DNA of 64,000 nucleotides from Schmidtea nova (Eukaryota). A program made the position numbers and the translations under genes. The first letter of the stretch is position 1. Each line of letters begins with the position of its first letter. The DNA is taken from the NCBI GenBank assembly GCA_044892505.1, contig CM097884.1:132370001-132434000 (forward strand), read 5' to 3'. The notes beneath the pieces were generated by a model that had not been told where the DNA came from, did no database searches, and worked only from the letters and a program-made list of their open reading frames with translations. Of the stretch, positions 13,708-26,353 are shown piece after piece.

Positions 13708-14154
13708 TTGGAGTTATTGCTTCTCCGTAATCTTAACCCAAAGAAAGGTTTATGCAACGGTACCCGCTTAATCAACAAATCACTCAATAAGAACTTTATA
13801 ACTGCGGAGATTGTTTCTGATTGCAATAGACGTGATGTTGTTTTCATTCCACGAATAGACTTGGCACCGAGTGATATAAAGCTTCCATTCATTATCAAAC
13901 GACGTCAATTCCCAATAATTCCTGAGTACGCAATGACGATCAACAAATTCCAGGGTCAAACCTTTGATTACTTAGGGATTCACCTCAAAGAGCCAGTCTT
14001 TTCACATGGCCAGTTGTATGTCGCTCTAACAAGATGTAGGAATCCTCAACATCTCATAGTTCATATCAAGGCCAACAAACTCCAAGAAAGGCTTCAAAAC
14101 AATACAAACCATTACACTCAGAACATTGTTTACAAAGAAATTTTTTCAAATTAG
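13708..14154 (+). pseudogene. Helitron Pif1-like helicase C-terminus
   Basis: LLRNLNPKKGLCNGTRL, RRQFPI..EYAMTINKFQGQT and VFSHGQLYVALTR motifs. Confidence 0.92.
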
Positions 14155-14785
14155 TACAATTTTTTAAAAATAAAACTGCCCCGTCTTAGGACGGGTAAAC
14201 CTCTAGTCATTTATTACTATACTTATTTATTTGACTAGTATTTATTATAATCTAATTAAACGAAATCTTTCAACCTCGAACTTTAACATAAAAATATTTT
14301 TTCAAAATCAGATAAAATATTTTTCAAATATATAGTTTCATAAAATAAGATACAATACAAATCACTATCAATTGGTCACTTTATCAGTAGCAAAAAAAGT
14401 TGAATAAAATCAAACACAGAATTACCCAATCGTTGAAATATCAACTCCAGGAGTTCGATGTTACATGAAGGCTTTAGTGTCGTATCTGACAATTTTAAAC
14501 ACCAATAATAAAACATTCATAAACACAAAATCACAATTTACGCCAATTTAGTCATTATAATTTACACTCAACTAATTTTCGCGAATATATAACGATGAGA
14601 TACTTGATTAACTTTCCGATTCTTTGCTCGATTACTCGTTTTCCTTCAACGAGTATTTTCGTGATTGGCATCGAAGAAGTCATACGTAGTTTTAATTCTA
14701 AAATGTATGAAATAATAATATAAATTGTCGTTTAGGTCAGTTCAACTTTCTCGTTATAAAATATAAACAGGTGTTAAATAAGGTT

Positions 14786-14906
14786 AGTTAGATATTTAAA
14801 TTAACTGGTTTTTAAATAATTGATTATTTGGTTCTTTTTATAAAAACTTTAATTAAATAAATCTATGAAGGAATTGCAGTCTCTTAAAACTGAGTTAGAA
14901 TTAACG
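14786..14906 (+). repeat. 5' LTR (121 bp)
   Basis: Direct repeat of 28775-28895; begins AGTTA. Confidence 0.85.
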
Positions 14907-16025
14907 GGAGACCACGCCAAAAATCTGAATGTCAATGCAGTTTCGAAATCAACAAAGATGTTAATGGAATGCCTACCAAAATCATGCCAAGATATGCTCA
15001 CGTTGAATATCAGACGATATGATGGACGAGAATCGAAAGAAGCAGAAGAATGGATCAGAGACATAGAAGAATGGCTGTTGACAAATGGACAGCGATTAAC
15101 AAGCACCTTCAATGTGTTATTAGTGGCAGAAGCTAAGACATTGTGGGGAAACGTCAGAAAAACAGAAACAACAGATGTGAAAGCCAAAACTTGGTTCCTA
15201 AATACTTTCACAATTACGAAATCAATAACTGAAAAAATCAGAGAATTGGTAGTTCTGGAACAGGGGGATGATGAACGGTTTGCAGCTTTCGAGATTCGAT
15301 TAAGGAAAGCTTTAGCAGAAGTTATAAATTCAGAACGATCAGAAGATATTGTTCAAGATCTCATCGCAAATAAAGCACGTGATTCGAGATTGAGGGAGAT
15401 ATTATTGACGAAACCAGAAACAAAAATTGAAGAAACGAGATCATTGGCGAAGATTTTTGAGAGTAACCAAAATGGAAACAATAAAACTGAATTTATTAAA
15501 GCAATTGGTAAAAGAACATATGCCAGCGTGATTGAGGGAGGGCAAATGAGAATTCAACAGAATACTCAAGATACCAGACCTACACCATCACAAAGAAGAC
15601 TATCAGAAGACTCATTTAGTCATCACAGACCAAGAAGAGACGAACATCCGATACAATTCGAAGAAAATAACCACGGTCGACGAGAACAATTCCCAAAAGA
15701 ACAATTTTTGAGAAACGTGAGAATTCAAGATGGCTCAGAAAGGAAACTGCCAACAATTTCCATGAAGAATATAGTAAGAAGGATTTATAACGAAAGTAGA
15801 GGACTACCACAAGCACCAGCTCCAAAATTAACAGTGGGTGATTGTTTTTGCTGTGGCGAAAGGGGACACAAAAGATATGAGTGCCCACTTGGAAATAAAT
15901 GCCTGATATGTGGTAAGGAGGGACACGGATTGCGAGATTGTTTTTCGTTACGGAAAGAGGTTCCCCATCGATATCAAAGAATAGCGTGCATAGAAGAATA
16001 TTCCAAATCTGAAAGAAGAGATTAA
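14865..16025 (+). CDS. gag: Gypsy Gag with two CCHC zinc knuckles
   Basis: 386-aa ORF with CFCCGERGHKRYEC and CLICGKEGHGLRDC. Confidence 0.9.
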   Translation: MKELQSLKTELELTGDHAKNLNVNAVSKSTKMLMECLPKSCQDMLTLNIRRYDGRESKEAEEWIRDIEEWLLTNGQRLTSTFNVLLVAEAKTLWGNVRKTETTDVKAKTWFLNTFTITKSITEKIRELVVLEQGDDERFAAFEIRLRKALAEVINSERSEDIVQDLIANKARDSRLREILLTKPETKIEETRSLAKIFESNQNGNNKTEFIKAIGKRTYASVIEGGQMRIQQNTQDTRPTPSQRRLSEDSFSHHRPRRDEHPIQFEENNHGRREQFPKEQFLRNVRIQDGSERKLPTISMKNIVRRIYNESRGLPQAPAPKLTVGDCFCCGERGHKRYECPLGNKCLICGKEGHGLRDCFSLRKEVPHRYQRIACIEEYSKSERRD

Positions 16026-16219
16026 ACCGAAAACAGCCAAGATTTCAGAACGGCTCACAGCGATATGAAAGATAGATACAATGTTCCTGAAAAATATACT
16101 ACATTGAGAGAAGACGGAAAAAACATCAGCGACTCCATGGGTTTCATTTCATCGGTGGAGTCAAGACAATAAATTATGAAAGAAGAAATGAACGAATAAG
16201 AGACGAGGCAGAAGAAGAG

Positions 16220-18060
16220 ATGTATCAGACGAAGGATGGAAGAAGTTGGAGTAAAATAATGTTGAATTATACAGAAGTAGGTATGCTATGGGACTCTGGA
16301 GCGTCAGTAACAGTCATGAGCAAGAATTTGTGGGTGAGAATAGACAAACCAGACCTTCAACGTAGTACTATATTATTATGCGGCGTATTTTCAACTGGAG
16401 GTGAAGAAGCAATGGAATATATGAATATATCGGCCACATGGAATCAGAAGACCAAAATTATCAAAGTAGTGGTTGTAAAAGAGATCAAGCCCGAATTCAT
16501 AGGGGGTATTGATACAATGAAAGAGTTTGGAGTTAAGTTAGTGAAGATTAATAATATAGAAACCTCATACATAAGCAAAATCTACACTGATGAAGAAAGA
16601 ATAAATAAAGCACTGATGGCGATGGCAAGTGAGAATAATAAAGACATTGAAGGAATGATCAGGAAATATGGCGGAATCTTTATGGCGTCGAAATTTGATT
16701 TGGGATTTACGAATTTAGTTCGACATGAGATGCGGATAACAGGAGGCCAAATAATGCAACATCCTCGACGTCAACCAATGCACATGGAGAAAAAGATTGA
16801 AGAACTGATGAAAGAATTAATAAAAGCAAATGTTATTCGGTGTTGCAAGAGTCCTTGGAATGCCCAGTTAGTTATAGTAGGGAAGAAAGATGGATCCATC
16901 AGAATGTGTGTAGACTATCGTGGATCGAATGCCATAACAAAAAAGGAATCATTTCCAATGCATAATACCAAATTTTTAATAGACTGTCTTGCAAATGCAA
17001 AAATATTTTCGTCAATTGATTTAGGCCAGGCATACTATCAAGTAGAGTTGGCTCCAGAAATTCAAGAAATGACTGCATTCAGTACAAGAGAAGGACAATT
17101 TTGCTTTAACAGACTACTATTTGGCCTAGCAACAGTTCTTGCGACATTCCAGAGACTGATGCACAAAGTACTAGAAGGAACACTATTCAAAGGAGTAGTT
17201 GTTTATTTAGATGATATTTTGATTTATGGGAAAAGTCAAAAAGACCACAATGAGCTACTAGGGGAAATATTTAGAAGAATTCAAATGGCAGGACTTAAGA
17301 TAAATCCAGAAAAATGCCAATTCAATAAAACAGAATTGTGTTTCCTTGAGCACACAGTTAACGAGAGTGGTATCCAGACAAAAAGAAAGAAAGTTGAAGA
17401 GATCGAGAAAGCAGAACTACCAAAATGCTCAAAGCAATTAAGATTGTTTCTCTGATTATTAACTACTATAGAAGATTCATTAAAGACAATGTCAGAATCG
17501 CAGAACCACTATATGCCGCAACATCTGGATGTGATAAAGATATAATTTGGACTAAAGAATGCAATGAGAGTTTCCAAACACTGAAGGAACGGTTGTGCGA
17601 GGCACCTATCCTTGATTATCCAAGAGAAAATAGGAAATTTATCTTAGACACAGACGCTAGCTTCGGAGCTATTGGTGCAGGTTTGAGCCAAATTAAAGAA
17701 GATGGAGATAGAATCTGTTATAGCTTATGGTTCAAGACATATGACATTACATGAAAAGGACTACTGTGTAACCAGGAAAGAACTGCTCGCTGTACATGAG
17801 TATATCATACATTTTAGAAAATATATTTACAAAAAGAAATTCATAATTCGCACCGACCACAAAGCATTGGTTTTCATGAACACTACAAAAACACCAATCA
17901 GTCCGCAGTTTCAAACATGGTTAGCTAACCTGTCTGAATATGATTTTGAACTATAATATCGGAAAGGTGACGAACATTCGAATGCAGATGGGCTATCAAG
18001 ATTAAAAAGTATGATTTGTTCCCAGTGTCAAACAAGACATGAAGATGCCAAGGAAGGAAA
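16220..18060 (+). pseudogene. pol: Gypsy pol (protease-RT-RNase H), with frameshifts and stops
   Basis: LWDSGAS protease, IDLGQAYYQ, YLDD, LDTDASFGAIG and RTDHKAL motifs split across ORFs 16220-17455, 17425-17754 and 17702-17956. Confidence 0.92.
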
Positions 18061-19230
18061 ATCAAAATAATAATTATCTTTTTTCACCTTTGATCTTTTT
18101 TTATTATTACTATCAATAATTCTCATAATGATGACTATAGATCAAAAATATTTTTTTATAAACAATAACACAATATTTCGGCACAGCCTTTATCAAGTGT
18201 GTATATTGTAGTATACAGAAATGTTGGATAATGGTTGTCGTTTTTTATTATTTTTTTATGTCATGGTGTAGGCATAAGCCCCCCCCCCCCTTTTTTTCGG
18301 TTAATCTTTACAGATTTATAATAATTAAAATATTATAATCAAAATTCAAATTTCGAATTTTGAATATAAAGCTTACTATAGTAAATAACTATAGTAAGCC
18401 ACACAAATAAAAAATTAAAATTGATTAATTAATAAAAATTTAATTCAAGAACAACAATACGAATTAGTTGCTGATTATGATTTACTAACTCTAGCATTAC
18501 AAGATTTAGAGTTGGCAGTCTTTCGAGCGAAATCTTTATCAGAGAAATTCAAAATTGTATATAGTTTTTCAATTCCAAAATTCTTTTCCCATCCAAAATC
18601 AAATTTTTGCTGAAAATAACTATCCAAAACCAAAGTTCTGAAGGAAACAATTGTTCACGAGTCTTTCCTAGCAGCTCCCTACTATTGCAAAATTGTAATA
18701 ATCAATTGAAAGACCGAAAAAGAAAAATTATCCAAAAGCAAATTCCTTCAGAAAACCACTAATCAAAAGCGAAGGTTCGGTAGTAACCCATTATTGTGAA
18801 ACGGGAGAAACCGATTGTAAAGCCAAAGGAAAATATAGAAAGTAAGTGCTAATAAAGTTATTAGTCAAAAATAAAAGCGTTATATTTTTGTTATTTTGTT
18901 GATCGACTGCATACACTACATACACACGCACCCTAGCACACATAAAGGCCCCTAACTACACAGCATACACCCCCGAGTGTCTGCACACTGGTATTGTAAG
19001 ACTTTCTCGGGCCCTACAACTTCTCCCTTAACATACATTCATTCTCAACATAATAATACACTACATAATATTAAACACCATNNNNNNNNNNNNNNNNNNN
19101 NNNNNNNNNNNNNNNNNNNNNNNNNNNNNNNNNNNNNNNNNNNNNNNNNNNNNNNNNNNNNNNNNNNNNNNNNNNNNNNNNNNNNNNNNNNNNNNNNNNN
19201 NNNNNNNNNNNNNNNNNNNNNNNNNNNNNN

Positions 19231-19851
19231 NCTATGGAAAAGGTATTGGAGCAACAGCAGAAGGACATTACTGCCCTCCTTATCAAATAGACCGTAACTG
19301 CAAAAATACACTTAGAAGATAAATAACAAAACGGTTTTATTGCTAAGCATACCACCGCCATGAGCAGATACGGTCGATGTAAGTAATCAAATTTCTAAGG
19401 CCTCGGACTAGATACGGTCTTATCGCTAAGCAGAATGATGGTTAATTGCAACTGCATACAGTTGACGCCTCTAACTCGATTTTTGTAGTTTTGTCAGTTA
19501 CGGTCTATTTGATAAGGAGGGCAGATTAGGTTTCGAGAGTTACGAGAGATATTAGAAAATGGATGCGCACGGGAAAAAAGAATTATACACGAATTGATAG
19601 AGGATTAATAACAGTAGAAAAGTACGAAAATATTGTGATGTTAGTTCAAGAAACCTTTGCAGGCTTATTAACAACAATCCTACATAAAGAATTATGTCAT
19701 ATTGGAGTTAAGAAACTATTCCATTATATGGAAAAGATATTTTACTGGCCGAAGATGCAAGAAACAATTCAGCTCTGTTTACAATGTTGCGATATCTGCT
19801 CTAAGAGAAAGATCGATCAGACAAGAACCAAAGAAATATTTATCCCTAGAT
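19231..19851 (+). pseudogene. pol: Gypsy pol continuation (integrase HHCC region), split by a MITE
   Basis: MEKVLEQQQKDI|RFRELRE rejoins across the MITE; LHKELCHIG...YWPKM...CDIC..RK follows. Confidence 0.85.
19271..19524. mobile_element. 254-bp MITE
   Basis: 30-bp TIR CTGCCCTCCTTATCAAATAGACCGTAACTG at both ends; 4-bp TSD ATTA; removing it restores the pol frame. Superfamily not assigned. Confidence 0.85.
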
Positions 19852-20828
19852 AGTAGGGGATAGTGAGGACTCGAGCACAGTTTTTTCAACTAGCAACGGT
19901 TGCTAGAGTAAATACACACATCATTATATTCCTCAATGCAGGTGTTGCCAAGGTGAACGTGCACACACATCAATATATATATTCCCTGAGGAGCTTGTTG
20001 CCAGGGTAAACACACATTAATAAATAGTTCCCGAGAAACCTGTTGCTAGGGTAAAAACACACACATGTAAGTATTGTATCCATGAAGATGATGCCCGGAT
20101 AACCACACATATCAATATATAGTCCCCCGAGAGGATGTTACTAAGGTAAAAACAAACACATACCATTATTATTATTATTACCTGTACCAAGTAAAATGAG
20201 ATAATAATTTTATTATTGAATGACATTTTTTTTGTTTTTGTTTTAATTAAGTGACTAACATTTCGAATAGCTGTTCCGCATATTTTAAATTGATAACTTT
20301 CGATATATAATTTAATTTTAGTTCAATGAACTTTNNNNNNNNNNNNNNNNNNNNNNNNNNNNNNNNNNNNNNNNNNNNNNNNNNNNNNNNNNNNNNNNNN
20401 NNNNNNNNNNNNNNNNNNNNNNNNNNNNNNNNNNNNNNNNNNNNNNNNNNNNNNNNNNNNNNNNNNNNNNNNNNNNNNNNNNNNNNNNNNNNNNNNNNNN
20501 NNNNNNNNNNNNNNNNNNNNNNNNNNNNNNNNNNNNNNNNNNNNNNNNNNNNNNNNNNNNNNNNNNNNNNNNNNNNNNNNNNNNNNNNNNNNNNNNNNNN
20601 NNNNNNNNNNNNNNNNNNNNNNNNNNNNNNNNNNNNNNNNNNNNNNNNNNNNNNNNNNNNNNCCAAATATATATTTTGCACAATATATTTCGAGAACTTA
20701 ATTCTCTTCATCAGGTGCTACCCAATCTTACATCGAAATATAAATCACATAAATCGATTTATTCGAACAAATTAGTATTAATTTTTAAAATAAAATATAT
20801 ATTTTAAATTTTATTATAGTCAAAAAAT

Positions 20829-21674
20829 TTATATCAATTTAAAAGTTTTTAATTTAAATAAATTAATCTTAAAAATATAATATTCTTTTATTTTTATACA
20901 AAAAAATATTTTTTTTAAGAATATATTATAAATATTTTCATATTTATAAACAACAGAATGATTGAAAACGAAATCCATGATCCCCAATTGAAAATGCTCT
21001 AAAACTCGAGTACAGAAAAGACGGTCAGTCTTGTCCAAAGTATGTGGCATTACGCCCATGACATTTGAAAAATTAAACGAGTATAGAACACAAATCAAAA
21101 GAAGAAAATAAACACCATCAACAACCACATCAGTTAATTTACTTAAACCGCAAAAAATGAGGCAAACACACGGACTCAAAACTCTCACACTCACATATTC
21201 ACAAACAACGATATGACTGAAAACAACGCTAAATCCCATTAATTGACTCCGCTCTGAAACTCGAATACAGAGAAGACGGGCAGTCTTTTCCAATGTATGT
21301 GGCATTTCACCCATGACGTTTGAAAATAAAAACGAGAACAGAGCAAAGAACAATACAGAAAACTTAGAATCGCCAACAATCACATCAATTAATTCATAAA
21401 CAATAGAATAAGAGAAGGAATTAGCACAAGTGTAAACCTCATCATTAAATCGAAATACTAATTTGACAATATAAAATTCTATACATTTAGAATTATAAAA
21501 ATTAAATACAAACATTTTCCTAGACAAACTTTCACAGAATACCGGAACAACTGACGGATTATTATCTTTCTTTAATACATAACACAACCAGCATGGCACT
21601 AATATAATTAACAACAAACGAGAATCCAAATATATATTTTGCACAATATATTTCGAGAACTTAATTCTCTTCAT
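20829..21674 (-). CDS. Hypothetical 281-aa ORF with an internal two-copy repeat
   Basis: Long open frame in AT-rich DNA with FSNVMG.MPHTL.KT.RL.C.RV.E..QL repeated twice; both ends lie in duplicated low-complexity blocks, so coding status is uncertain. Confidence 0.3.
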   Translation of the reverse strand: MKRIKFSKYIVQNIYLDSRLLLIILVPCWLCYVLKKDNNPSVVPVFCESLSRKMFVFNFYNSKCIEFYIVKLVFRFNDEVYTCANSFSYSIVYELIDVIVGDSKFSVLFFALFSFLFSNVMGEMPHTLEKTARLLCIRVSERSQLMGFSVVFSHIVVCEYVSVRVLSPCVCLIFCGLSKLTDVVVDGVYFLLLICVLYSFNFSNVMGVMPHTLDKTDRLFCTRVLEHFQLGIMDFVFNHSVVYKYENIYNIFLKKIFFCIKIKEYYIFKINLFKLKTFKLI

Positions 21675-22176
21675 CAGGTGCTACCCAATCTTACATCGAA
21701 ATATAAATCACATAAATCGATTTATTCGAACAAATTAGTATTAATTTTTAAAATAAAATATATATTTTAAATTTTATTATAGTCAAAAAATTTATATCAA
21801 TTTAAAAGTTTTTTTTATTTTGATTATTACTGTTGTTTATAAATATGAAAATATTTATAATATATTCTTAAAAAAAATATTTTTTTGTATAAAAATAAAA
21901 GAATATTATATTTTTAAGATTAATTTATTTAAATTAAAAACTTTTAAATTGATATAAATTTTTTGACTATAATAAAATTTAAAATATATATTTTATTTTA
22001 AAAATTAATACTAATTTGTTCGAATAAATCGATTTATGTGATTTATATTTCGATGTAAGATTGGGTAGCACCTGATGAAGAGAATTAAGTTCTCGAAATA
22101 TATTGTGCAAAATATATATTTGGATTCTCGTTTGTTGTTAATTATATTAGTGCCATGCTGGTTGTGTTATGTATTA
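21573..22176. repeat. Inverted duplication with ~240-bp arms
   Basis: 21573-21813 is the reverse complement of 21936-22176. Part of the arm also recurs directly at 20662-20830, and the spacer is the reverse complement of ~20835-20955. Confidence 0.8.
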
Positions 22177-22211
22177 ATAATAATAATAATAACAACAATA
22201 ATAATAATAAT

Positions 22212-22252
<41 letters not shown>

Positions 22253-24713
22253 TAATAATGTAGAATTTAATTTCCTATAAAATCGCTTAAATAAAAATAT
22301 AAAATTAGTCATTTTTTTGTGTTGCACACATGTTTTATTGTTTTTTTTGAACAATTTAAAATAATTATTTAGAGTTTTCATTATATGTATAAATTTTCCA
22401 CTAAATTGTTTGATTAGAAATATAAAAATTATCGTGTTACACATGGGTTTTGTTGTAAATAATTGATTTTATTTGCTGATTGATACTTTAATTGTGTTTT
22501 CATTGTAACAATTTATATTCTAATTCTCTACAATATTACATTATGTAAAAACTAATAACTTTGTGAATAATTAGTTTACTTTGAATTAATTAGTTTTTAT
22601 ATAAATTAATTTACAATTTATCGAATAATTAAACATTTTTTTTATTCATTTTAATTACTTGTAATAATTTTTATAATTTATTAGTGTAATTTAACTTTAA
22701 AATTAATCTTAATTTATTACATTGTATTTTAATAATAATTGATGTTTAACATTAATAGATGATATATATTTATAACAATAAATTATGTGTTCAATAATTT
22801 TACAAAATTTAATTGTAAACATAAATTACACTGTGTTATTTACAAACGTGTGTTTGTATGTTTCCTTGAATTAGATTGGTTAAAAATTTTTGAATTTAGT
22901 ATATAAACAATAGTTTTTCATTTAAGAATCACTTTTTACTGTAACCTAAATTTGTTAGGTTAATTTTTGTTTAAAATTTTTTAAAATAATCAACTTATTT
23001 TAGATAAAATGAACAATACCAACAACAATAAAGATATTACCAAGAACAATGATTACAACAACGATGTCGACAATAACATGAACAATGCTATTGGTTATAA
23101 TATTGAAGCATCTGAAACAATGGATAATTCAAAAGAAAATAAACTTAACGTTGAAAAGAGAAAAGAAAGTAACTGTAAGTATCGATTTATTTAATGAATG
23201 CAATTTATAATTAATTACCTTTGTACAAAAATACTAAGTAATTTAAATTATTTAATAATTAGTTTTCTTTACCGATTTTGTAATTTAATAATTAATATTT
23301 ATTTATTATTCAATAAGGTTTGTAATATTTATCATTGATAAGTTATTAAATACTAATGACAACTTAAAATAATTAACTGTATTATTTAAATCATTTTTTA
23401 TTTTTTTTAATTAGTTTTGTAGTGTTTACTAATTTTTGAAAATTATTTCCATAATTTGAATTTTTATTTTTATTTTATAACTAATTATTAAAACAATTCT
23501 AGTTTTAATTCTAATTATTCTAATTTTTTATAATAATTAATTAATTTGAGTATAAAATTAATTTGAATATTGATTAATGAATATTGATTAATGAATATTG
23601 ATTAATATTATTGATTAATATATTATTGATTAATATTGATTAATATTGATTAATATTATATGATTAATATTAATTGTTTTATCTTTAATAATTTTTTAGT
23701 AATTAAAGTTTTTGTAAATTAATTATTAATAAATAATTTATTTTCTATCATAGTAAATAAAATGTTCTATATGAAAATTATCATATTAAATAATATTTTT
23801 AAATTACTTGTAAATAATTTAAATTTAACATCTTTGAGTTTAACTAATTATTAAAACAATTCTAGTTAAGAATATGATAATTGAAATCAATTAATATTAT
23901 TTTTCATAATATTTAAATTATTTACTTAAATTTTTATTATTGTAATTATTATTAAATATTTTATATTAATTATTAGATAATGATTTTATAACAAGAAATT
24001 TAATATCGATTAATTAGTTCTTTAAATAAATAATAATTTATTAATAAATATAATAAGTAAAAATTTTATTATTATAATAATTATTATTTTTTTTTAATTA
24101 TTTTAATTATTATTAATATCATTATTACCATTATTATTATTTTTATTATTATTATTATGATTATTATTATTAATTTATTATTATTATAATTATTATTATT
24201 ATTATTATATATTAATAAAATAACATTTTTTTAAATATTTTTTATTATTATTATTTTTATTTATTTATTTTTCATATTATTTTTCTTCTTATTATTTTTC
24301 TTATTAATATTATTATTATTTTTTCTTATTATTTTTCTTATACTTATACTTATACTTATTCTTATTATTCTTATTAATATTTTTATTATGATTATTATTT
24401 TACTATGATTTTATTATTATTCTTTTTGATAATAACAATAACGTTACCATTATTTTTATTATACTATTGTTATTTTTTTTAATAATAATGCTATTATTGT
24501 GATATTTTATATTTAATTAAATTATCAGTATAAATATTATTCTTATTATTCTTAAAAGTATTTAAATAATCAAAATATTTTTAGTATTACTTTTATTATT
24601 ATAATAATTATTTTAATAATTATTTTTTTTTAATTATTATTAATATCATAATTACCATTTATTATTACTTTTATTAGCATTATTGTTATTAATAACAATA
24701 ACAATAAAATTTT

Positions 24714-26037
24714 GGTAAGTGCCGGTTTTGATACTATTTTGAATTTTTAATACTATTTTGAATTTTTAATACTATTTAGAAATAAGTACATAAGTATAAG
24801 AAATAAGTATATAAGTACATGCCTGTAAATATAATATATTAACATACATTAACTAAATTGTATATAGTTACATTCATCCATAAATTCAACTATTTACTAA
24901 CCAGTAGGAAATAAAATTAACATCATTTCACGTCCAAAACCTGCAGAATTTTTTAAAAGCGTATGCAGCCTTTTGCGTCTCTCCACGGAATATTCCCACA
25001 TAAATTGTATTAAATACTCCGTATGTGCTTCCTATCCGTTTTCGCAGGGAATATTTGCTTCTTGACCACAAACCCTCCACATTCTGCGTATGAATTTCCG
25101 AATTCTCCGGATCCACAAAATTCAATGTATGGTTTATTGTTGCATGCCCATATCCCCCTAAATTTCGTATTGCAGACCCATAGGCTCTCCATTTGTCCGT
25201 TATTATCATGGAGCCTAGCTCAACATTGTCTACAATCGCACCTGCGATCGTATCGCCATTCCTGTTTTCGACCGGTATGATAAATATCTTTCTGGTTCCC
25301 CGTTCAATGCCCGCAAGAAACCACTGTCCATTCCTTATTCTGCCGCGATTGTATTTACTTCTGAAAAATAGACTTTCGTCCATTTCTACAATTTTGGCAT
25401 TGTCACACGAATCAACACCCCCAACTTGTCACTTTTATCGGCCATGTACTGCAAAATTGCTTCCCTAGCCAATTTCCCAATTTCCCCCGCCGTATTTCTA
25501 TGCATGTTTAGGTCAAAGGCAATATCAACGAAAGAACAGCCATTTGTATACTTGTAAATGGTTTTAATGACTTTCTCAAATGTCATATTAATATTGTCAA
25601 ATACACTTCCGGCTCGGATCGAGGCCGTGTGTTTGCATGTTGCATTGCATTTCCAGTAGAAACCATCAGTCGAGGATGTTCTTCGGACCAAACGCAAGTA
25701 TTTGTCATCATTGCAGTGGCGGCAAAGATGCATATTCTTGATCAACTTGCACCGCGCAAGCCATTTAATCTGGCGTTCCACACCAGAAAATATCTCATTC
25801 AAGTATAGCTCATTTAGTTTAAGTGAAAAAAGATCGGTATCTTGAAAAATGGAGTTTGGTTCAACGATGTAGAATGTTGATAAGCGCACCATCGGTAATG
25901 TATGTTAATATATTATATTTACAGACATGTACTTATATACATATATTTATGTGCATAATTTAAATTGATTTCTAAATAGTATTAAAAATTCAAAATAGTA
26001 TTAAAAATTCAAAATAGTATCAAAACCGGCACTTACC
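24714..26037 (-). mobile_element. Merlin (IS1016/IS1595-like) DNA transposon
   Basis: 70-bp TIRs GGTAAGTGCCGG... (24714-24783, 25968-26037) with internal 19-bp repeats; 8-bp flanking AAAATTTT on both sides. Confidence 0.88.
24928..25892 (-). pseudogene. Merlin DDE transposase with one frameshift in a G run near 25420
   Basis: Zn-ribbon CRHC..C...C, then VEMDES, KYNRGR, ITDKWRAY, INHTLNFVDP and HTQNVEGLWS. Confidence 0.9.
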
Positions 26038-26319
26038 AAAATTTTTATTATTAATGTTTCTATTAATATTTTTCATATGATTTTTCGTATTATTATTTTT
26101 CTTATTATTATAAAAATTATTCTTATTCTTATTCTTATTCTTATTCTTATTCTTATTTTTATTATTATTTTTATCATTATTATTATTATTCTTATATTAA
26201 TATTAATAACAATTACATCAGTATTATTAATAATAATGATATTTTTTGTAATAAAATTGTTATTACTTGCATTCCTTGCATTATTATTATATTTGTTATA
26301 TTTATTATTATTATTATTA

Positions 26320-26353
<34 letters not shown>

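Larger units (their letters stand above)
12319..14206 (+). mobile_element. Internally deleted Helitron (1.9 kb)
   Basis: 3' hairpin CCCGTC-TTAG-GACGGG (14180-14195) then CTAG (14203-14206). Inserted between A and T with no TSD; the rejoined flanks match an empty paralogous site at ~5855-6070. Contains N-terminal Rep-region and helicase C-terminal fragments. Confidence 0.85.
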
